Source: an uncultured virus (IMG/VR IMGVR_UViG_3300020469_000013)
Taxonomy: Duplodnaviria > Heunggongvirae > Uroviricota > Caudoviricetes > Kyanoviridae
Strand: one strand, 5' to 3'
IMG/VR virus record: IMGVR_UViG_3300020469_000013
DNA length: 20,000 bases
The notes beneath the pieces are model-generated. The model did not search any database. It was not told where the DNA came from and worked only from the letters and a program-made list of their open reading frames with translations. Made by a program: the position numbers and the translations under genes. Of the stretch, positions 15,347 through 20,000 are shown one piece after another. Within the stretch, counting starts at the first letter, position 1; every line of letters begins with the position of its first letter.

Positions 15347-16350
15347 TGGATTTTTTAAAGGACATAGTAAAAGAGATAGGAGATGACTACACCAAACTCG
15401 CCTCAGATATTAACGAAACTGAAACATATGTTGACACAGGTTCGTACATTTTTAACGGACTCGTATCAGGTAGTATATTTGGTGGTGTATCTAGTAACAA
15501 GATTACTGCAATTGCTGGTGAATCTTCTACTGGAAAAACTTTCTTCTCCGTCGCAGTGGTCAAGAACTTTCTGGATAATAACCCTGACGCTTATGTCCTT
15601 TATTTCGATACTGAAAGTGCTATCTCCAAGTCTTTACTAGAAGCACATGCAGTTGATACTAATCGTTTAGTTGTTGTTAATGTAGTGACAATTGAAGAGT
15701 TTAGAACAAAAGCACTCAAAGCAGTGGATAAATATCTACAAATACCTGAGTCCTCTCGCAAACCTTGTATGTTTGTGTTAGACTCTTTAGGTATGCTTTC
15801 CACAGAGAAAGAGATCAACGATGCATTGAACGATAAACAAGTTCGTGACATGACCAAATCACAATTGGTCAAGGGTGCGTTTAGAATGTTGACCTTAAAA
15901 CTAGGACAAGCAAACATCCCCCTTATAGTCACAAACCACACTTACGATGTTATCGGATCTTATGTCCCAACTAAAGAAATGGGAGGAGGCAGTGGCCTCA
16001 AGTATGCCGCGAGTACAATCATTTATCTCAGCAAAAAAAAGGAAAAGGATTCGCAAGAAGTTGTTGGAAACATTATTAAAGCTAAGACAGCTAAAAGCAG
16101 ATTATCAAAAGAAAACAAAGCAGTAAGTATTCGTCTCTACTATGATGAGAGAGGTCTTGATAAGTACTATGGTCTCTTAGAATTGGGAGAACTTGGTGGA
16201 CTGTGGAAGAATGTAGCAGGTAGATATGAGATGAACGGTAAGAAGATCTATGCAAAACAAATCCTTGCTAATCCAGAAGAATATTTTACAGATGATATAA
16301 TGGAGAAACTTGACACTATTGCCAAGCAAGAATTTAGTTATGGTTCTTAA
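15346..16350 (+). CDS. uvsX: RecA-like recombinase UvsX
   Basis: DTGSY, Walker A AGESSTGKT, YFDTE, VLDSLG, TNHTY, MGGGSG..YAAS. Confidence 0.96.
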   Translation: MDFLKDIVKEIGDDYTKLASDINETETYVDTGSYIFNGLVSGSIFGGVSSNKITAIAGESSTGKTFFSVAVVKNFLDNNPDAYVLYFDTESAISKSLLEAHAVDTNRLVVVNVVTIEEFRTKALKAVDKYLQIPESSRKPCMFVLDSLGMLSTEKEINDALNDKQVRDMTKSQLVKGAFRMLTLKLGQANIPLIVTNHTYDVIGSYVPTKEMGGGSGLKYAASTIIYLSKKKEKDSQEVVGNIIKAKTAKSRLSKENKAVSIRLYYDERGLDKYYGLLELGELGGLWKNVAGRYEMNGKKIYAKQILANPEEYFTDDIMEKLDTIAKQEFSYGS

Positions 16351-17729
16351 TGAAAGATCGTATAGAATTAACCATCCTAAGAACCTTCATACATGATGAA
16401 GAGTACTTAAGAAAAGTACTTCCTTTTATTGATAGAGAGTATTTTGAAGAGCGTATTGAAAAGATTATATTTGAGGAGATATCAGATTTTGCTCAACAAT
16501 ATGATAAGTGTTTAACAACTGAGATTCTTTCTATTGAAATACAGAAGAGAGATGATATTTCTGAGGAAGAATATAAAAATGTTTCTCAACTATTAGAGAC
16601 TCTAAGTGAACCTTCTAGTCATGATCAGTGGTTGTTAGATACTACAGAGATCTGGTGTCGTGATCGTGCTATATATTTGGCACTCATGGAATCTATTTCT
16701 ATTGCCGATGGAAAAGATGACAAAAAAGGAAGGGATGCTATTCCTAGCATTCTCTCTGACGCTTTGGCTGTTTCTTTCGATAATCATATAGGTCATGATT
16801 ACCTCGAAGACTACGAGGCAAGATACGAATCGTATCATAAGAAAGACGAAAAGATTCCTTTTGACTTGGAATTCTTTAATCGTATAACAAAGGGCGGTCT
16901 TCCTAACAAAACTCTTAATGTTGCTCTCGCAGGTACTGGTGTGGGTAAGTCTTTGTTTATGTGTCATTTTGCTAGTAGTTGTTTACTACAAGGCAAGAAT
17001 GTATTGTACATAACTTTAGAAATGGCAGAAGAAAAGATTGCAGAAAGAATAGATGCTAACTTATTAGATGTTAATATAAAAGATATTACAGATCTTCCTC
17101 GTGTATTATTTGAAAATAAAGTAACCAATCTGGCAGAAAGAACACAAGGACAGTTGATTATTAAAGAGTATCCTACTGCATCTGCACATTCAGGTCACTT
17201 CAAAGCATTGCTTAATGAGTTAGCATTGAAGAAATCATTTAGACCTGATATAATATTCATCGATTATTTGAACATATGTGCATCATCCAGATACAGAGGA
17301 GCAATAGGTGTTAATTCGTATTCATATATTAAAGCAATTGCAGAGGAGCTTCGTGGTCTTGCTGTCGAGTCTAATGTACCGATTGTTAGTGCTACTCAAA
17401 CTACTCGTGCTGGTTTTGGTTCTAGCGATGTTGACATTACTGACACTTCAGAATCCTTTGGACTCCCTGCTACTGCTGACCTTATGTTCGCTCTCATATC
17501 TACTGAGGAATTAGAACTAGTTAATCAGATAATGGTTAAGCAATTAAAGAACAGATACAATGATCCTACTCTCAATAAGAGATTCCTTGTAGGAATTGAT
17601 CGTGCTAAGATGAGATTGTTTGATTGTGAGCAAGATAATAATGGAGAGTTAGTAGATGCAAATCAAGAAGTTATGGAAAAATTACAAGGAGATAGTACCT
17701 CTGATAAATTTGCAAAACTAAATTTCTAA
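16350..17729 (+). CDS. g41: Replicative DNA helicase (T4 gp41, DnaB-like)
   Basis: Walker A AGTGVGKS, YITLEMAE, IIKEYPT, FIDYLNI, AEELRGLA, SATQTTR, SESFGLPATAD, KQLKNRY. Confidence 0.97.
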   Translation: MKDRIELTILRTFIHDEEYLRKVLPFIDREYFEERIEKIIFEEISDFAQQYDKCLTTEILSIEIQKRDDISEEEYKNVSQLLETLSEPSSHDQWLLDTTEIWCRDRAIYLALMESISIADGKDDKKGRDAIPSILSDALAVSFDNHIGHDYLEDYEARYESYHKKDEKIPFDLEFFNRITKGGLPNKTLNVALAGTGVGKSLFMCHFASSCLLQGKNVLYITLEMAEEKIAERIDANLLDVNIKDITDLPRVLFENKVTNLAERTQGQLIIKEYPTASAHSGHFKALLNELALKKSFRPDIIFIDYLNICASSRYRGAIGVNSYSYIKAIAEELRGLAVESNVPIVSATQTTRAGFGSSDVDITDTSESFGLPATADLMFALISTEELELVNQIMVKQLKNRYNDPTLNKRFLVGIDRAKMRLFDCEQDNNGELVDANQEVMEKLQGDSTSDKFAKLNF

Positions 17730-18586
17730 TGATTAAGTCTGCAGATAAAATCTGGGATGAGGTTGGTGAAATAAACAATCTTGAATTTGAATATCATTAC
17801 CTAGGAGAAGACCAAGATATACCTGTGTTAATTGCTAAGGATGTTTTTAAATATCCTGATAAGGTAGTTGAATTTACTAATACACTTCCTTTCTGGGAAA
17901 CTAGAAACATGACTGGTGATGAGATAATCAGACCAGGTTTAACTTGGGAAGTATCTCCACTCCTTTCTTATCAATTTACTCACAAATTATCCAAAAGAGT
18001 TGGTAAAATATTTGGTGTCCCTAGACCTAAAATTTTTGATGTGTATGCATCTGCAACTGGTGGGAAGATGACATTAGATCAAAGTGGAGGTCTGTGTTGC
18101 TATCCTCATACTGATGCTCATCCATCTCAACCTGCACAAGAGACTCAAAATGTTGCATTAAATATAAATCTAACAAATCATGGTTCTGTTAAGACTGGAT
18201 TTTGGTCTTATCTGAATAAGAAAAGTCTGTTAGATTTTAATATGGATGAGTTAAATGCTTTTAATAATTTCCAAAGAAGACATGAGAATGTTAATACTTC
18301 ATCATGGTTTCAAATGAGAGATTATGAGGACTTTAAATATGCAGATGCAGTGACTATGCCTTATAATAGTCTTGCTGCATACTCTGTTTACAATTTACAT
18401 AATCCATACATTGAACCTAATTGGTTCAACACATCCGACAGGTTGACTCTTACAGTTTTCTATGGTATACTACCAGAGGATCTGGATTTTCCTGACGGAG
18501 ATCTTGAAATTGTTAAAGCGTCTTGGGATTTCTTTAGACTAACGACGCTACATAATTATAATCCCGAAAATACACGACCCTTATAG
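17729..18586 (+). CDS. Putative 2OG-Fe(II) oxygenase-like protein (HxD-type, DUF6445-like)
   Basis: DVFKYPDKV, RPG, YPHTD (HxD), ALNINL, TGFW, YNSL..Y....LHNPYI...WF...RLT. Confidence 0.6.
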   Translation: MIKSADKIWDEVGEINNLEFEYHYLGEDQDIPVLIAKDVFKYPDKVVEFTNTLPFWETRNMTGDEIIRPGLTWEVSPLLSYQFTHKLSKRVGKIFGVPRPKIFDVYASATGGKMTLDQSGGLCCYPHTDAHPSQPAQETQNVALNINLTNHGSVKTGFWSYLNKKSLLDFNMDELNAFNNFQRRHENVNTSSWFQMRDYEDFKYADAVTMPYNSLAAYSVYNLHNPYIEPNWFNTSDRLTLTVFYGILPEDLDFPDGDLEIVKASWDFFRLTTLHNYNPENTRPL

Positions 18587-18588
18587 TC

Positions 18589-19281
18589 ATGCCAACTAAT
18601 TCGAGTGCTATTTCTGATAACGATTTTACTAGTAATCAGCGACCAGTAGCAACCCCTCCAAGAAAACCAAGATCAAAAGAATTTTGGGAAGCAGAACCAG
18701 AAGATGCAGAGGTGCAGGGATGGAAAGATGATCCTAATGATCCTACTGGTCCTCAAGTGGGCAGCGTAGCAAATCCTACACAACCACAGGTTGCTGCAAC
18801 ACCACCTAAACCATTTGCACAAACAGAAGCAAATGTAACAATCACTCCTGCTGCGGTGACAACAACAACAACAAAAACTAATGCTAAGTGGACAGAATAT
18901 ACTAACTTCGTAGACGCTGTTACTAGTGATGAGTCTAAAGTTGCATCTCAATTCATTGCTCGTACTGCACAATTACAAGCACAAGGATGTAAGATTGAGC
19001 GTTTGTTAACTGCTGCTATTGGTATTAGTGCTGAAGGTGGTGAGTTCTTAGAAATTGTTAAGAAGATTTCGTTCCAAGGCAAACCTTATGATGAAGCAAG
19101 TATCAATCACTTAAAGGTTGAACTTGGTGATGTACTATGGTATGTTGCTCAAGCATGCATAGCATTAGATGTATCTCTTGACGAAATCATAGGACAAAAC
19201 ATTGATAAACTGTCTGCTAGATATCCTGACGGACACTTTAGTTCATACTTTTCAGAGAACAGACGGATAGACGACCTCTAA
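18589..19281 (+). CDS. mazG: MazG-like nucleoside triphosphate pyrophosphohydrolase with a long low-complexity N-terminal extension
   Basis: Y..FVDAVTS, RLLTAAIG.SAEGGEF.EIVKK, ELGDVLWYVAQAC, N..KL.ARYP. The first ~100 aa are P/T/A/Q-rich. Confidence 0.92.
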   Translation: MPTNSSAISDNDFTSNQRPVATPPRKPRSKEFWEAEPEDAEVQGWKDDPNDPTGPQVGSVANPTQPQVAATPPKPFAQTEANVTITPAAVTTTTTKTNAKWTEYTNFVDAVTSDESKVASQFIARTAQLQAQGCKIERLLTAAIGISAEGGEFLEIVKKISFQGKPYDEASINHLKVELGDVLWYVAQACIALDVSLDEIIGQNIDKLSARYPDGHFSSYFSENRRIDDL

Positions 19282-19284
19282 ATA
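19278..19284 (+). promoter_or_regulatory. T4-like late promoter motif CTAAATA overlapping the mazG stop
   Basis: CTAAATA lies 12 nt upstream of ATG 19297. Confidence 0.55.
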
Positions 19285-19296
19285 CTTAGAAAGTCC

Positions 19297-20000
19297 ATGT
19301 CAATAACAATACCCTCAGTGAATAAATCTGCATTTGACGATGTGATGGATGCACTGGGTGGTAATGACTATTCATATTACTTATTTGATGTTAAAAATGT
19401 AGAGGACAAGGACTCAACTAAGAAAGTTCAGATAGCATTAAAAGTTTTTGTTCCTCAAACAAAAAGAACTACAGCAGTTGCTAATATAAAAGGTGCATTG
19501 GATAAAAAGTATCCAGGAATTACAACTAATAAAGCAGGTACTTCTTTAGATATTCCAATAAGAGATGCTAAAGTTATTAGGATAGAAGTTAAACCAGAAA
19601 ACAGTAAAGGATCTGGTGGTGGTGCTGCACAAACTGCACTAGTAGAATCTGCACAGTGTGTCTATGCTGCTATGAGATATTACTGTGGAGATGTAAAGAA
19701 CTTTACTATTGATGATTTTAAGTGTGGTATGAAATATTGTGATGTAACTGCTAAATTAGATGAAATTATGTCACTATCAAAAGAATGGCAAGAGTCATCT
19801 TGGTCAGGTGCTAATGAGATCTTTAAAAAAGTAGGTGGTAAGGGATGGACATTTGTTAGAGGTGATTCTGATATTGATGACGGTGCAGTTAAGAATGCAT
19901 TTAATAGAGTAAAGAATCAAACCAACTTATCATCAGAAGACAAATGGAATCCTGCTGATATATGGATGGTAAAAGATAAGACTAAAGTAAAGAAACATCT
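19297..20000 (+). CDS. Hypothetical protein (partial, runs off the window), possible restriction-endonuclease-like fold
   Basis: Open frame from ATG 19297 to the window end: MSITIPSVNKSAFDDVMDALGG...KGSGGGAAQTALVESAQCVYAA...EDKWNPADIWMVKD. The E...PAD pattern suggests PD-(D/E)XK, but the (D/E/S)xK part lies beyond the window. Confidence 0.7.
   Translation, partial: MSITIPSVNKSAFDDVMDALGGNDYSYYLFDVKNVEDKDSTKKVQIALKVFVPQTKRTTAVANIKGALDKKYPGITTNKAGTSLDIPIRDAKVIRIEVKPENSKGSGGGAAQTALVESAQCVYAAMRYYCGDVKNFTIDDFKCGMKYCDVTAKLDEIMSLSKEWQESSWSGANEIFKKVGGKGWTFVRGDSDIDDGAVKNAFNRVKNQTNLSSEDKWNPADIWMVKDKTKVKKH

Noticed and set aside
16033..16040. A8 homopolymers (also 5180-5187 and 6994-7001) as frameshift or phase-variation sites
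   Set aside because: They encode in-frame Lys runs in intact genes and are expected in an AT-rich genome.
12523..17729. Intein or group I intron in g43, uvsX or g41
   Set aside because: All three frames are continuous, of normal length, with normally spaced motifs and no intein-like insertion.
1..20000. tRNA, rRNA, CRISPR array, IS/transposase or integrase
   Set aside because: No cloverleaf, regularly spaced repeats or recombinase motifs were seen, and the intergenic gaps are all under about 80 nt.

Overview
AT-rich, densely coding window with every credible gene on the + strand. It is the DNA-replication module of a T4-like myovirus, most likely a marine cyanophage (Kyanoviridae-like). The core order is cobS, g45, g44, dam-like MTase, g62, regA, hsp20, g43, uvsX, g41, mazG. 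Accessory genes are interleaved between the core genes, usually by start/stop overlaps: three putative 2OG-Fe(II) oxygenases, a DUF3310-like protein, a PD-(D/E)XK nuclease coupled to the methyltransferase, a NodU/CmcH carbamoyltransferase, a UPF0489/ureohydrolase-like protein and a eukaryote-type phosphomannomutase. Four genes missing from the ORF track were read by hand (11700-11867, 15012-15182, 15179-15346, 19297->20000). The most notable observations are (i) a nuclease + N6-adenine MTase + carbamoyltransferase cassette between g44 and g62, a candidate DNA modification or restriction system; (ii) a ROSE-like two-hairpin RNA thermometer in the hsp20 leader, overlapped by the PMM reading frame; (iii) a stand-alone twin-CX3C microprotein unit with a structured upstream element; and (iv) a near-consensus sigma70 promoter whose -10 box overlaps a start codon, implying two protein isoforms. 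All family calls come from motif recognition by eye; no database search was run.
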